64,000 nucleotides of DNA from the human T2T-CHM13v2.0 reference genome, Homo sapiens: NCBI RefSeq assembly GCF_009914755.1, contig NC_060928.1; one strand, given 5' to 3'. Of the stretch, positions 32,349 through 45,562 are shown piece after piece. Below the pieces are notes generated by a model, which saw only the letters and a list, made by a program, of their open reading frames with translations, did no database searches and had not been told where the DNA came from. The position numbers and the translations under genes were made by a program. Numbering within the stretch: the first letter of the stretch is position 1; every line of letters starts with the position of its first letter.

Positions 32349-32399
32349 TTGGATTCAGTCACCACCAATTTTGCCAAATCCCTGAAGATTTCCATTGTC
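32349..32399 (-). pseudogene. Relic exon: TMEIFRDLAKLVVTES
   Basis: tttatccctgctatgcag acceptor; inferred decayed donor ataata; phase 2-2; 75-nt intron. Confidence 0.5.
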
Positions 32400-32519
32400 C
32401 TGCATAGCAGGGATAAAGGAAAATATAGGGGTGGATGCCAAATTATTTAAGTTGAATGTTTTCCAATTTATTTTTCATGAAATGTCAGTAGTTCTTTAAA
32501 ACACAGTTCGTAGTATTGC

Positions 32520-32626
32520 CATATTTTTGTTTTCTTCGTATGTGTTGAAGAAGTATACAGATTTCAGCCTCTGCCTTAGTTTTAAAAGTCATCATTCTCA
32601 AGGAACTGGTTTCATTTGTGAATATG
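32520..32626 (-). pseudogene. Relic exon, 107 nt
   Basis: ttcattcttttgggcttcag acceptor, weak gcaata donor; one frame open (IFTNETSSLRMMTFKTKAEAEICILLQHIRRKQKY). Confidence 0.5.
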
Positions 32627-33391
32627 CTGAAGCCCAAAAGAATGAAAAACAACAAATACTGGTGTGAAATGACGCTTTAAATGCATGGGTGCCAGATGGA
32701 AAAGCTTTTGGTCTATTCCTATATTTGATCAATTGGCTTGTCTAATACATTTGACTACGGACGGATGGCCTGACATGACTTCAGATTAGTTTAATAGGGA
32801 TTAAGGTGGCAAGAAGTGTATAATGCTATGCATTTGTAAGTACAAACATGCTTAGAAATTCATTTATCTTTGGGGGGTGATGGAGGTTAGTTCAAGCTCC
32901 AGCTATATTTACAAACAGATTCTAGCCACAGCTGAACAGTGTGGACTTGGGGAAAGTAACTGTGCCTGCCTTTCCTTAAGCCCACAAGGCCTTTTGATTT
33001 CTGCCCAAATAAAGCAGGCCTTTGGCATTCAGCTCTCTTAGCTGGCAAGATGTCTGCATAATGTCTGCAGAATTTAGAATGGCCAGGAGGGGCAGGTCAA
33101 AGACAGCCAAATTATGATATCATACCCATAAAACCTCATCAATGGTGACATACAGAAAACACTCAGTAAATTGCTTTCATTAATTTATCCTTATTAAGAA
33201 ATTCTAAGCAGTGTCTTCATTCTTTGGCAGATTTCTGATTCTGCCATTTTCCCTTCCTTCCTTCATTGCTTTTCCTTAACAAAAACAAGCAACCATGGGC
33301 ACAGAGTGACAGTAGCTGAAGAGATGTGGCCTGGGGTAGCCTAGGATGCTCAGACTGACTGAGAAGAATGTTTTATAAATGCTCTACTTGC

Positions 33392-33451
33392 CTTTGGGAG
33401 AGCCAAAGACTTTTCTGAATCTTCTGGTCTGGGTTAGGATGAGAGTTATTC
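33392..33451 (-). pseudogene. Relic exon with GC donor, 60 nt
   Basis: ttccttttacttaactgcag|G...AAG|gcaagt (consensus GC-AG donor). Confidence 0.65.
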
Positions 33452-33792
33452 CTGCAGTTAAGTAAAAGGAAACCTGACTATAGAGAATTCTGTGCCTCCC
33501 TTCTCTGAGGACAAGAACGGGGGCACTGAGGGACCAGCTGCACAGACCCTGGCTTGGCCTTGGGTTGCAGTGACCAGACTCCATTGGACAGAGGGAGTAG
33601 GGATGGTTGTGAGGCTGTCAGGGCAGATGCAGGATCAGGAAGAGTGGGATATGCAATTGAAAGTAGGCCCAGTTTTTCTTTGGATCACACCATGTTTCTA
33701 AAGCTGAAAATCTCGCTAGTCTACAAAAATGACATCAGGAGAAACTGAGGGAAGTGAGAAGAACCAACGTGAAGCATTTCCTTGTAACTGAC

Positions 33793-34424
33793 CCTGTTGG
33801 GAGTTGACAGTATCATCCATGTTGGGGAAGATATTCCCAAGTCTCATCAGCTGTCTTGTTTGGTTGCCTGACTGGGGTCTTGGAAGCTTGACCCAAAGGC
33901 ATTACTCAGGGAGTGGAATTCATAAGTCATTCCAGTGTCTTATGGCAGAGAAGTTTTGCATATAGACCAGCAATGAGAGAAGGATAGTATGATAAAGCTA
34001 AGACCAAGAGAGACAGAAAGAACAACAAAAAAATACCAAAAAGAAGATTTATCAGGGTATGTTTAAGATGGGAATGCATAGAGAAAATATTTTGAATATG
34101 AGAGAGAGGATAAAAGATTCTGCATTGTTTCACAGGCAAATTTTAAAACAGCAGAGATATAACTGTATACTACAGATAAATCCTTGTTATTTTGTGTTCT
34201 TTTCTTACTGTGCTAACTTTTATTTCTGATTGTGGTATGCTTAGGAACATTCAAGGTCTCAAATATATTTTAATTCCTTTAGTTATCATAGGAACTGACT
34301 GAACTATGGATGCACTGTGGCCTTGCATTCTTGAGGACTTCTATGTTGAATGAACATGTCAGGTGGACCCTTGTTGACGACAGCCATTGATGCATGCTGT
34401 GGAACTCTGCGTCCTGACAGACAC
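33793..34424 (-). pseudogene. Two candidate relic exons (34300-34424 and 33793-33938)
   Basis: Acceptors tttcctgcccag and cttctctgccataag, gtcagt donors; phases 2-1 then 1 are compatible. Confidence 0.4.
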
Positions 34425-35039
34425 CTGGGCAGGAAACTTGATAAGGGAAGTACCCAAATTTAGTTGTTACCCACTCCAACAAGAGATGAGGAAACCGAAG
34501 ATTGCAAAGCATGGCTCAAAGAAGGAAAACAACAGTAAAGATAGCAGCTCTTTCTCCCCCTCAATATCCAAATCGTATTGCTTTGGCAAAATTGTTGCCT
34601 GGAGAAGCAGTCCTGCATCAGGGTAACAAATAGACAATTATGACGCTCAGCCAGATTCCTTGTGAATGAACCAAACTCGAACTATGCTATAATTTGTTGA
34701 AGATACCAAGGTCTTGACTGTTTTTGACATTACCATATGAAGACTTAAACACATCTATGTTAATTTCATCTAGGTAAAGAGTTATGGTATTCAATAATGG
34801 GAAATAGGGTCAAGAAATAAAGAAGGGACACACTGGCATTTAAAACAAAACAAGACAAACAAACAAATACGAATACATAATTGAAAGAAAGGCACCTTGA
34901 GGAGAGTGCTTGACAAGAAATCAGGACCTGTGAAGTTGAGTGCAGACTCCATTGCTGAACAGCTGTATAGGAAGGAACTAGCTGACCTCTAAGTTCCCTT
35001 TTAGCTCTGCATTTCTATGATTCTGATTCATTTTCCTAG

Positions 35040-35085
35040 GAAATACAGTTCCAGTCTCAAGAGCACTGAACATCCATGAAGAGCG
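35040..35085 (+). other. Candidate plus-strand non-coding exon
   Basis: ttctgattcattttcctag|G...GCG|gtgagt. Confidence 0.35.
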
Positions 35086-37537
35086 GTGAGTCTGATTTAT
35101 TTTAGTCATGGAAGAGACCTGCTATTCTGTATCGATAATTATATGGGATTCCTTTTGTGCATGCCAATTTTATTATCTTCAAAACTAAACTTGTGGGTTC
35201 ATAATTTGTTGGAAAGTTCAAATGTAAGATGATGAACTGCTTAGGTGTTTTATTCCCTGCCCCACCTCACCCCCAAGTAAGAATGACAAATCCATTTCCT
35301 GGTGCCGTCTCCTATTATTTCTTCCCTCTGGCAGGTTAGATCTGTTGTCAGTTTCAGAAGCAGAGATTTGATGTAACTTAGGTAGTATGTTGAGATTTTC
35401 TGCTCAGCCCTCTTCTTAAACAAACAAATGAAAATCTTTGCAAGGTTGTGTGAGCTAATGTAACAATGTTTTTCATTTTTGTACTTCTATTTTTCCTCTG
35501 TGGTGGTAGAGAAAATTAAATTAGAGAGTTCTGGGTTAAAGGCTCTCAGGTTTACAAGTAATAGTACGTTCTGTTCAACAGTTTAAGCACATTTAAGTAA
35601 AATGAAAGGAAATGAAAATGAATTACAGGCTAAAAGCAAGATCTTGGCTTCCAGGAGCCTCTCAACTGATGGTTCCAGGTATCACTGAAATAGAAACGCT
35701 GCCAGAAGAGGTACTAAACATGAACAAGGGCACACTGCAATTCTTGCCTCTCAAGAGGAATGCAAAATGGTCTTGCTATGGTTGATGTAAATATGTGTAA
35801 AACAACAATTACAGAACACCTAACCTTTAAATACCTTTGGAAAGCTCTGTATGTTGATTGAATAGGGACTTTGATAAAAATGACAGTTTGTCACCACTCT
35901 CTCAAGAGAAGTATAAAATAAAAATCATGTGTGGTGTATGTGTTTGTGTGTGTGTGTGTGTGCACATGTGTAGGTGGAGATGAGATATTCCTACACTGGC
36001 TTTCTTGATGTGAATCAGTATGTTAACATTTCACCTGTCTAAATTTTATAAGGGCTCCATCTCTAGACGAAACAAAAGCAGTATCAACTATGACTTTGGA
36101 CCTGTTTGTGTTTATATACGGGTTGTCCCGTCAGTGTGGTCTGTCTAGTAAGGCCTGTCTTATCTACAGAAGAATTGTTCTCCAAGATCATTTGCTCTGT
36201 ACTGCCCAAATATTTAGTATGTATTTAGGTAACAGTTCTGGGATACCGATGGGATGCAGTATCTGAAGATGACTGATACGGTTTGACTGTGTGCCCACCC
36301 AAATCTCATCTTGAATTCCCATGTGTTGTGGGGCGGACCCAGTGGGAGGTAATTGAATCATGGGGGCACTTCTTTCCTGTGCTGCTCTTCTGATCGTGAA
36401 TGAGTCTCACGAGATCTGATGGTTTTAATAATGGGCATTTCCCTGGGCAAGCTCTCTCTTCTCTTTGCCTTCCACCATGATTGTGAGTCCTCCCTAGCCA
36501 TGCAGAAGTGTAAGTCCATTAAACTTCTTTTTCTTTCCAGTCTTGGGTATGTCTTTATCAGCAGCATGAAAACAGGTTAACACAGTAAATTGGTATCAGC
36601 AGAGTGGTGTATTGCTAAAAGGATACCTGAAAATGTGGAAGCAACTTTGGCACTGGGTAACAGGTAGAGGTTGGAACATTTTGGAGGGCTCAGAAGAAGA
36701 CAGGAAAATGTGGGAAAGTTTGGAACTTCATAGAGACTTGTTGAATGGCTTTGACAGGAATACTGATAGTGATATGAACAATAAAGTCCAGGTTGAGGTG
36801 GTCTCAGATGGAGATGAGGAACTTATTGGGAACTAGAGCAAAGGTGACTCTTGTTATGTTTGGGCAAAGAGACTGGTGCCATTTTGCCCCTGCCCTAGAG
36901 ATTTGTGACACTTTGAACTTGACGGAGATGATTTAGGGTATCTGGTGGAAGAAATTTCTAAGCAGCAAAACATTCAAGAGATGACTTGGGTGCTGTTAAA
37001 GGCATTCAGTTTTATAAAGGAAGCAGAGCATAAGAATTTGGAAAATTTGCAGCCTGACAATGTGATAGAAAAGAAAATCCCATTTTCTGAGGAGAAATCC
37101 AAACCAGATGCAGAAATTTGCATAAGTAATGAGCTGAATGTTAATCCCCGAGACAATGGGGAAAATATCTCCAGGGCATGTTAGAGGTCTTCACTGCAGC
37201 CCCTTCCATCATGGACTTGGAGGCCTAGTAAGAACAATGGTTTCATGGGCCCAGGGTCCTTGTGCTGTGTGCAGCCTAGGGACTTGGTGTCCTGAGTACC
37301 AGCCACTCCAGCCACGGCTGAAGGGGGCCAATGTAGAGCTCTGGCCATTGCTTCAGAGGGTACAAACCCCAAGACTTGGCAACTTCCATGTGGTGTTGAG
37401 CCTGCAAATGCAGAGGAGTCAAGAATTGTGGTTTGGGAACATCTGCCTAGATTTCAGAGGATATGGAAATGCCTTGATGCCCAGGCAGAAGTTTACTGCA
37501 GTGGCAGGGCCCTCATGGAGAATCTGCTAAGGCAGTG

Positions 37538-37578
37538 TATCGGGGGAACCTGTTCAGGGTCCCTGACTTCCCACAACA
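37538..37578 (-). mobile_element. 41-bp MER11-type (HERV-K11) LTR remnant, termini only
   Basis: Minus strand reads tgttgtgggaagtcagggaccctgaac + aggttcccccgata; exact 6-bp TSD GCAGTG. Confidence 0.8.
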
Positions 37579-38135
37579 GCAGTGATAAAGAGAAATGTGG
37601 GGTGGGAGCGCCCACAGAGTCCCTACTGAGGCATCATCTAGTGGAGCTGTGAGAAGAGGGCCACCAACCTCTAGACCCCAGAATGGTAGATCCACTGACA
37701 GCTTGTGCCATATGCCTGGAAAAGCTGCAGACACTCAATGCCAGCCCATGAAAGCAGCAACTTGCTTTTGATTACACCCTGCAAAGCCACAGGGGCAGAG
37801 GTGCCCAAGGCCATGGGAGCCCACCTCTTGCATCAGCAAGACCTGGATGTGAGACGTGGAGTCACAGGAAATCATTTTGGAGCCTTAAGATTTGACTGTT
37901 CTCCTAAATTTCAGACTAGCATGGGGCCTGTAGCCCCTTTGTTTTGGCCAATATCTCCCATTTGGAATGGCTGCATTTACTCAATGCCTGTACCCTCATT
38001 GTATCTAGGAAGTAACTAACCTGCTTTTGATTTTACAGGCTCACAGATGGAAGGAACTTGCCTTGTTTCAGATGAGACTTTGGATGGTGGACATTTGAGT
38101 TAATGCTGAAATGAGTTAAGACTTTGGGCAATTGT

Positions 38136-38488
38136 CATATACACCATGGAATACTATGCAGCCATAAAAAATGATGAGTTCATGTCCTTTGTAGGGACAT
38201 GGATGAAATTGGAAATCATCATTCTCAGTAAACTATCGCAAGGACAAAAAACCAAACACTGCATGTTCTCACTCATAGATGGGAATTGAACAATGAGAAC
38301 ACATGGACACAGGAAGGGGAACATTACACTCTGGGGACTGTTGTGGTGTGGGGGGAGAGGGGAGGGATAGCATTAGGAGATATACCTAATGCTAAATGAC
38401 GAGTTAATGAGTGCAGCACAACAGCATGGCACATGTATACATATGTAACTAACCTGCACATTGTGCACATGTACCCTAAAACTTAAAG

Positions 38489-38535
<47 letters not shown>
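38136..38535 (+). mobile_element. L1PA3-like 3' end with (TAA)n tail
   Basis: aaattggaaatcatc and aatgctaaatgacgag diagnostics; 18-bp TSD aagactttgggcaattgt (38118-38135, 38536-38553). Confidence 0.95.
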
Positions 38536-38537
<2 letters not shown>

Positions 38538-39591
38538 GACTTTGGGCAATTGTTGGGAAGGCACCATTGGTTTTGAAATGTGAGGACATGAGATTTGGGA
38601 GGGGCCAGGAGCAGAATGATGTGGTTTGTCTGTGTCCCCACCCAAATCTCATCTTGAATTCCCATGTGTTCTGGGAGGGGACCCAGTGGGAGGTAACTGA
38701 ATCATGGGGGCACGTCTTTCCTGCACTGTTCTTTTGATAGCAAATGAGTCTCATGAGATCTGATGGTTTTGAAAGGGGGAGTTTCCCCACACAAGCTCTC
38801 TCTTCTCCTTGCCTGCCCCCATCCATGAAAGACATGACTTGCTCCTCCTTGCCTTTCACCATGATTGTGAGGCCTCCCCAGCCCTATGGAACTGTGAGTC
38901 CAGTTAAACCTCTTTTTCTTCCCAATCTTGGGTATGTCTTTATCAGCAGTGTGAAAAATGGACTAATACAATGACATAAACTCTCACATTTTTATGCACT
39001 TGGCTTTTAATCTATGATATCACTCATTATTTCCATTTGATTCCAGAAGATGAGAGGTGGAGTTGGTTGTGCTAATAAACCCCTGCTTAAGTCCCAGACT
39101 CTGAGATGGAAACAGTGGTGCTTGTAGGAATTCTCATTAAAGACCTGATCAAACAGGTTTCATTGACTCATAAGCTGCTGTGTTGTTGCTGGGTGTTGGT
39201 CCCTTCCTGGCACTTTTATTATTTCCTTGGCACCTCTAGTATTGTGCTAAAGGTCATCTGAGAGTCAGACAGAAGAATAAATGATGTGAAGAAATTGGAA
39301 CCAAATGTATTTACTGTACTGGCACCTGTACCACACATTTCTAAGGCCCACACATTTCTAAGGCTGGCAGTTACTCTGAATAACCTATCTTTCTAGATCA
39401 TTGCCTATTACTTTAACCCCTTATGTCTACCATTCTCTCCTCCCAAAGCAAAAAGGTCAAAGGAACTTAAAGGAATTACTCTTATCAGTTTGAATACCTC
39501 GATGAAGACTTTCAACAACGGCAGGTCACCACAAGTAAAACATTGAATTATTTAAAACAGGCAATATGCAAATAAAAGAATAAGATAGTAT

Positions 39592-39721
39592 CTGTTTGAA
39601 GTATTTCTCAGAAAAATGTAGCAAAATATTATAATTTTTCTATCTCCTGCTCTCCTATGCACAACTTTCCTGGCTTTAGAAATGTGGATGTCCTCATCTT
39701 TTCCAGAAATATCCCATAAAG
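39592..39721 (-). pseudogene. Relic exon: LWDISGKDEDIHISKARKVVHRRAGDRKIIIFCYIFLRNTSN
   Basis: catcctcttaatccag acceptor; open frame; inferred decayed donor CAG|atacta, phase 1-2. Confidence 0.5.
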
Positions 39722-40054
39722 CTGGATTAAGAGGATGATGTGAGGACAAATGGATGTAGTGACATAAAAAAACCTAGCAGTCAACTTTGGTGGGGGAACT
39801 GGAGAGTTAAATTACACAAGAGTAGCTCTCTTTATTAAGTTTTGTACAAAGCCATAATGGAAAGCTAAGAGTGGAAACTGTTTCCATACAGACATGTTTT
39901 GGGCATATATTCCCTGATTCATACTCTGCAAATGCAAAAAGAAAATGATAGCTTGTAAGACAATATAACCGGGAGATCCTTCTACTTTCTGACTTTAAAC
40001 AGGTTAATAAGAATATGTGTCTTTAAATGAAGAAGGCCCACTTCACTTGTATGA

Positions 40055-40497
<443 letters not shown>

Positions 40498-40789
40498 TAA
40501 TTATTGGTTTTAATACAGCCCCCAAAGAGATTTGGAGAGTACATTAAGATGTGCCCTTTCTTTTATGTAGTAACCTCAGTTTCTATACCTGCAGAGGTGG
40601 GGCAGGAGTCAGCTGTGAGCTAGGGTTCTGGGAAACTTGATTACTGGATTGGTATCATGGGCATTTGCTGATCCTGTGTGAGACGGTTTGTTAAATCCCA
40701 TTCATGTGTCCAAATACATGATTAGGGACTCATAGTAACCACCCCTGTTCACACATCTATCATTCAGACACAAAACAAAATACAAAACA

Positions 40790-42030
40790 CCAAATGTCTC
40801 TAGAGTTGAGCCAGATCTTTCTTATCTTTGCACAATCAAAACTTATAAAAGCCTCAGGGAACTGAAATGATTTATGAATGTTCAAAGTTGCTAGACTTTT
40901 GACAATTGTTCTTGCTAAAACAAAACTGTTTACATTATCTTGTATTGCCATACAGATTTTGACCAAAATAAAAGTTTGTTTCCAAAAAATAATACTGTTT
41001 TCTTGTTATTTTCCGCTTCTATTTAGATATTGCATTAAAAAAACCAACTTTCTTTTTTTTTTTTTTTCTGTAAAAGCTATTCCAAGTAAGAGTGTTTAGT
41101 AGAAACAGAACCTTCTCAATAAAATGTTAGGAAAACCTCTCCTGGTCTGAGTTGCAACCTGCAACCTGTCACCAGGCTGCCCAAATAGATATTTATTACC
41201 TTTTAAACTACCAGAGAAAATAGTAGGCTTTAGAATATGTGGATTTGGGCTTGGTCAAAAGAACAGTGTTGATTAAAAAGAGTAGATAAATCTTACTCTT
41301 TTGTGGAAATGCCAGGGTCCTGCTACCATTTCTTTTCCTGTCATGTATGTTTTCAAAAAGCAGTTAGCAGAATATCACTGATGTTTACACCCATGAAGAA
41401 AATAGCAAGCCAGTGTATTATTTTTTCAAGCATTCATTTGTGGGTAAATTTGTGCCTCATAATCAAAGTGTTGTATTTGCCTTCTTTAATTACGTGATTT
41501 CTTAAGAATGCTCAGCTGTCAGATTTTTTTTTTTTTTCTGGAAATAGAGCCTGGGGAAGGAGAAGACATACTGCAGTGAATTGCAAAAACCAAGAATCAC
41601 AATTTACATTTTCTTTACTCACTTTTAAGTAAAACCAGAGGTGTGAACTGTGGGTAAGCTAAAAGCATCACTGGCCAATTTTGGTTAAAAACAGACCTTT
41701 TTTCTCATCATTATTAATTTAAGGTGATGGGTGTTTCACTCTTTCATGAGATACTGGGGCCCTCAATTAAGAAATAATCACATCTCCTTAATGTCTGATT
41801 TAGCACCTTGTCAGTCTTAAATGAGAGAGTGTAAGCACCTAGAAAATCTCTAGACCCGTCTTGATGTCATTGGCAACAACATTACTCTTTCATATTTTAC
41901 TTAAAATATTCAGTATCTTTAGGCATTCTTGTCCAGTGTTTGTGGGATTATAAACTGGTGTAAGCAAGAAAGTAGCTTGGTAACACGCTGTAAGAATCGT
42001 AAAACCGTAGCTCTTGAATTAGTCATTTCT
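40790..42030 (-). pseudogene. Cluster of small relic exons (41917-42030, 41782-41838, 41623-41670, about 41297-41390, about 40790-40861)
   Basis: Phase-1 chain reads LIQELRFYDSYSVLPSYFLAYTSL*SHKHWTRMPK-GAYTLSFKTDKVLNQTLRR-LMLLAYPQFTPLVLLK; introns of 78 and 111 nt; donors atactg (decayed), gtgatt, gtgagt, gtaaga. Confidence 0.55.
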
Positions 42031-42103
42031 CTTTTTAGAATATAACACAAGAAAAAATACCCGATATAGAATAAATAAACCAATATGTTGATTTTCATGT
42101 AAC

Positions 42104-42900
42104 CCAAAGATCCCCAGGTCCTTCAACTATCTGTGATTACCCAGAGTTTTAATACGCAAGTTAAATAAGCCAAGCTTTTTTCACCCATATTAACTGCAGA
42201 AAGTCCCAGTGACTTTTCAAAATGCGTAAATCGCGGAATTAGGTGGGGACAAGAGATACTTATACCACCTTGTCTCTGCTATAACTTGCTCTAAAGCCCT
42301 GTAGCAGGCCTTTCCTTAATCCCTATGACATCTCAGTTCTGCCTCTGTATGTCACATAAGCTTCACTGGTTCATTTTCATGCCTTTTCCATCATTTTTCC
42401 AGCATTTAGAATTTAGAGTGGTGGAAAGGATTTACAATGCAAGATAGAAAATTACTTAAAAATGCATGGGCCGCATCCATGCTGTTAGAGTTTGTTGACC
42501 ATCCAGGAGTTGTTTCCTGGCTGAGTCTCTCCTTGGGCTCTGCACTGCGGCCATGTTGATGAGCCCTGGTCTCTTCTTTCAAAGCCTCCTTCCCTGTCCT
42601 TTTTTCCTTGAGTCCTAGCAAGTTCACCCTCCTGGATTCCTTCCCCCAGTCTCAACACTTTTCTCTGATGACCACAGAGAGCTGCTCCAAATCATTTTTT
42701 ATTTCAAAACCCTTTCCTTTAGAGGAAATGTACTTTCACTTTATTTTGCAGAGTTGTTTAGATTCCTTAATTTTGACATCCCATTCTAAACTTTGCTCTG
42801 GACCTGCCTTAGTTTTTAAACCGAAGGACTTTTAAATATTTTGTTCAAACATAAGAGTCATTTTTTTTTTGTCTAAAGTTGTATTCTATTCTCACTCCTC
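42104..42900 (-). pseudogene. Large relic exon (E/K-rich; ...RALEQVIAETRWYKYLLSP...FRDLRILKSHWDFLQLIW...)
   Basis: Acceptor attaatttgcaag at 42901, phase 0; one frame over 42241-42900 gives 220 codons with 9 stops, which is only modestly depleted. Confidence 0.5.
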
Positions 42901-43565
42901 CTTGCAAATTAATAAAAAATAATATTTTTCCCCTGATGTTCTGATAACTACATAACACTAAAAGTAATCTGAAAAAAAAATTAGTATCCTCTAAAAAGGA
43001 ATATGATTTGGAAAATTATAGTCTGTTCATAGAATAAAATAATAGCTTTTAATTATAAATTATATTCATAAAATGTTTGGCTTATATGTCACAATTTTAA
43101 ATGACATAACATTATAACCCATATAATTTTGACAATGTAAAAGTACTTAAAATTAAGCAGAAGGAAATGTACTAAAATATTAAAGTATCTATTTTGGATG
43201 GTGGAGTTATGAGTGATTTTTATATTCTTTTAATTTTTTTAATTAGCTTCCAGTTTGTCTGTAATAAGCATATATTACTTTAATTACTTAAAAATAAAAC
43301 TTATTGCAAATTTTCAGAAATTTGGATTTAAAACCTGTAGACTTTTAGAAAAAAAAGTTTTTTCTCTATTCTCCTTATATTGTTCACTTTCTATTCACAA
43401 TGGTGGTATTAGGCTAGTCAACATGAACCCAAATATGGTTAATGATCTGGGATGAATGGTGGGGCTGGTAACAAAAGAACTTAGGTTAGTAACTATTTAG
43501 CTTAGTAGAAAAAAATGATGAAAAGCCAGTGTTCTCTAGGGATATGCTTTTTTTTTCTTTTCCTG

Positions 43566-43597
<32 letters not shown>

Positions 43598-43935
43598 GGG
43601 GGTGGTTGGGAAGTGGGTGTGATTTCCCAATAAAAACCAGAAAACCTACTAGAAAAATTGTACAAGAGCTGTAACATTTAGGGACATCCATTTTGAAAAG
43701 CATTCAGAGGGAGTATTATTAGTTAACTACTGAGAAGCTGTCATGTACCTATAACCCTCTAAACTGCTAACCTGGCCCTAGATTAGAAACCAATTACAAT
43801 AATCTCACATAGTCTAGTCATGTTCTGGGGCAATACAGGCAAACACTCAATTCTTCCATGCTTACTCATACATAAACTAGAGCCCCTGAATTTTATATAG
43901 TTAATGCCATCTGTTATAATTAAATTTTCTCTCAC

Positions 43936-44176
43936 CTGACATCTCGGGCTGCCGTGCAACCACACACTACATGTTTCACCAGACTTACGGAGAAATTCCC
44001 ATTGAGATCTGTAAACAAATCTCTTATGTCTTGTGTAGCAAGTTGAGTCTTGTGAAATATGACTGGCTTTTAAACCCTTCTCATAGCCCCCACTGGTTGC
44101 AGCTACAAACATATTATTCTCATGGTTTAACACCTTCATAAAGTCATGCATTGGATTGGGGCAATTCTCCCATCAC
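43936..44176 (-). pseudogene. Relic exon: *WENCPNPMHDFMKVLNHENN...VWLHGSPRCQ
   Basis: tatattcag|G...CAG|gtgaga; 241 nt, 79 open codons, phase 2-0. Confidence 0.65.
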
Positions 44177-44532
44177 CTGAATATACTATATCAAAATCAA
44201 TAATTACAGGCAACCCATTGATTGCAAAAGGCATAAATGTGCAATGAGACATATTGGAGCACCAGAACTCTTACAGAGTAGACACATATTACAGGCAATT
44301 GTGTTCTCCTTCAGATGGATTTTGTGTGTGGGTGTGATATACTCAGATATAACTACTGTTGAATTATAGTTGTGTACACTTTCCCAAATGATTCAAATGC
44401 CCTTAACAATAAGTCATGTAAAGCATCAGGTCCTTTTTTTGTTTGTTTGTTTGTTTGTTTGTTTTCCCAATAAGCAAAAAAAGACCTTCTGTCAAACTTG
44501 GGATATCGAATTTGAAATTATGTTTCTCTTAT

Positions 44533-44672
44533 TTCTCTCCATTGGATCCACAGACCCCAGGAATAAGATAGTAGAGAGTTTTTCTAATAAACACATATTT
44601 GATGGCTCCCTTCACCCTGCAGTTTGAGATAGCAACCTCCCTACCTTCTGAGCTCTGAGTTATACCTTCTGT
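44533..44672 (-). pseudogene. Relic exon: TEGITQSSEGREVAISNCRVKGAIKYVFIRKTLYYLIPGVCGSNGE
   Basis: tttttctttgtgattttcag acceptor; open; inferred decayed donor ataaga gives phase 2, matching the next exon. Confidence 0.55.
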
Positions 44673-45079
44673 CTGAAAATCACAAAGAAAAATAGTCTCT
44701 AACTCTGTGTAGCCCATGATAAGGCAAACTTTAAGGGAAATTTCTACCACAAAAGTGTCAGGATTGTTTCAGGGAAGGAGTAGAGTTCAGAATTAAACAC
44801 ACACAAAAAAATGTTACATTACAGGATTGTTTTATACAAATTTTTTGCTATTTTTTTCATTAGAGAAGGTAATATAACTGAAGTATACTTCAATCAGTTT
44901 AATTTTGAAGAATTAAATTTTAAGAAGAAACTATCTGTACAAGCCCAAATATATGTACCAGATATTTAAACTCTTATGTGTGATTAAACTAAAATAATGG
45001 AATAATTGCTCTGCAGGCTTAATTTTAGCATGCATGCTTGCCAGGCAGCTAGCTTCATGACAATAATGGGAGGCCCTCT

Positions 45080-45340
45080 TGGGTAATGGTTAAGAGCACA
45101 GACTCTGGAATTAGATGGCCTGAGTTCAAATCCAGACTCTACCACCAACTAGCTCTGTGACTGTGGGTATATTATTTAATCTCTTTAACCATCAATTTTT
45201 CTCAGGAGTAAATGGGAATTATGATATGATCCTATTTACTTCACAAGATTGCTATAAGGATTGAAGGAGAGATAATATGCATAGAACACTTAAACACTGC
45301 TTGGTTGATAATAAATGTTTATTAAGACTAGTGGTTGTTA
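45080..45340 (+). mobile_element. MIR
   Basis: ggttaagagcacagactctgga...gttcaaatcc...ctagctctgtgac core. Confidence 0.8.
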
Positions 45341-45457
45341 ACAACAATGATTACCAATGGGATGTTTGTGAGAGGGAGATAAAAGCTTCACGTTATAAAA
45401 ACTGACTCCTAGTTCACATGGCCATATGGCTGTTTTCTTTTTGTTCCTAAATATTAC

Positions 45458-45562
45458 CTATGAGCAGCTCACTGTGAATACTCAGATGTTATCTTTGTGT
45501 TTGATAAACTGAATTATTTTCTTATTTAGTAATATCAGTAAGATTGAATGGTGAAATCCAGA
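45458..45562 (-). pseudogene. Candidate relic exon (may extend to about 45644)
   Basis: tcttcatttcag acceptor, TAG|gtaata donor, 105 nt. Confidence 0.4.

Larger units (their letters stand above)
36274..38970 (+). mobile_element. Full-length THE1 (B-like) MaLR provirus
   Basis: LTRs 36274-36584 and 38617-38970 with internal region; exact 5-bp TSD ATGAC (36269-36273, 38971-38975). Confidence 0.95.

Noticed and set aside
36612-38019. Several 74-130 aa ORFs
   Set aside because: Decayed THE1 internal sequence
38373-38862. Poly-Y, poly-L and poly-I ORFs
   Set aside because: Translations of the (TAA)n L1 tail
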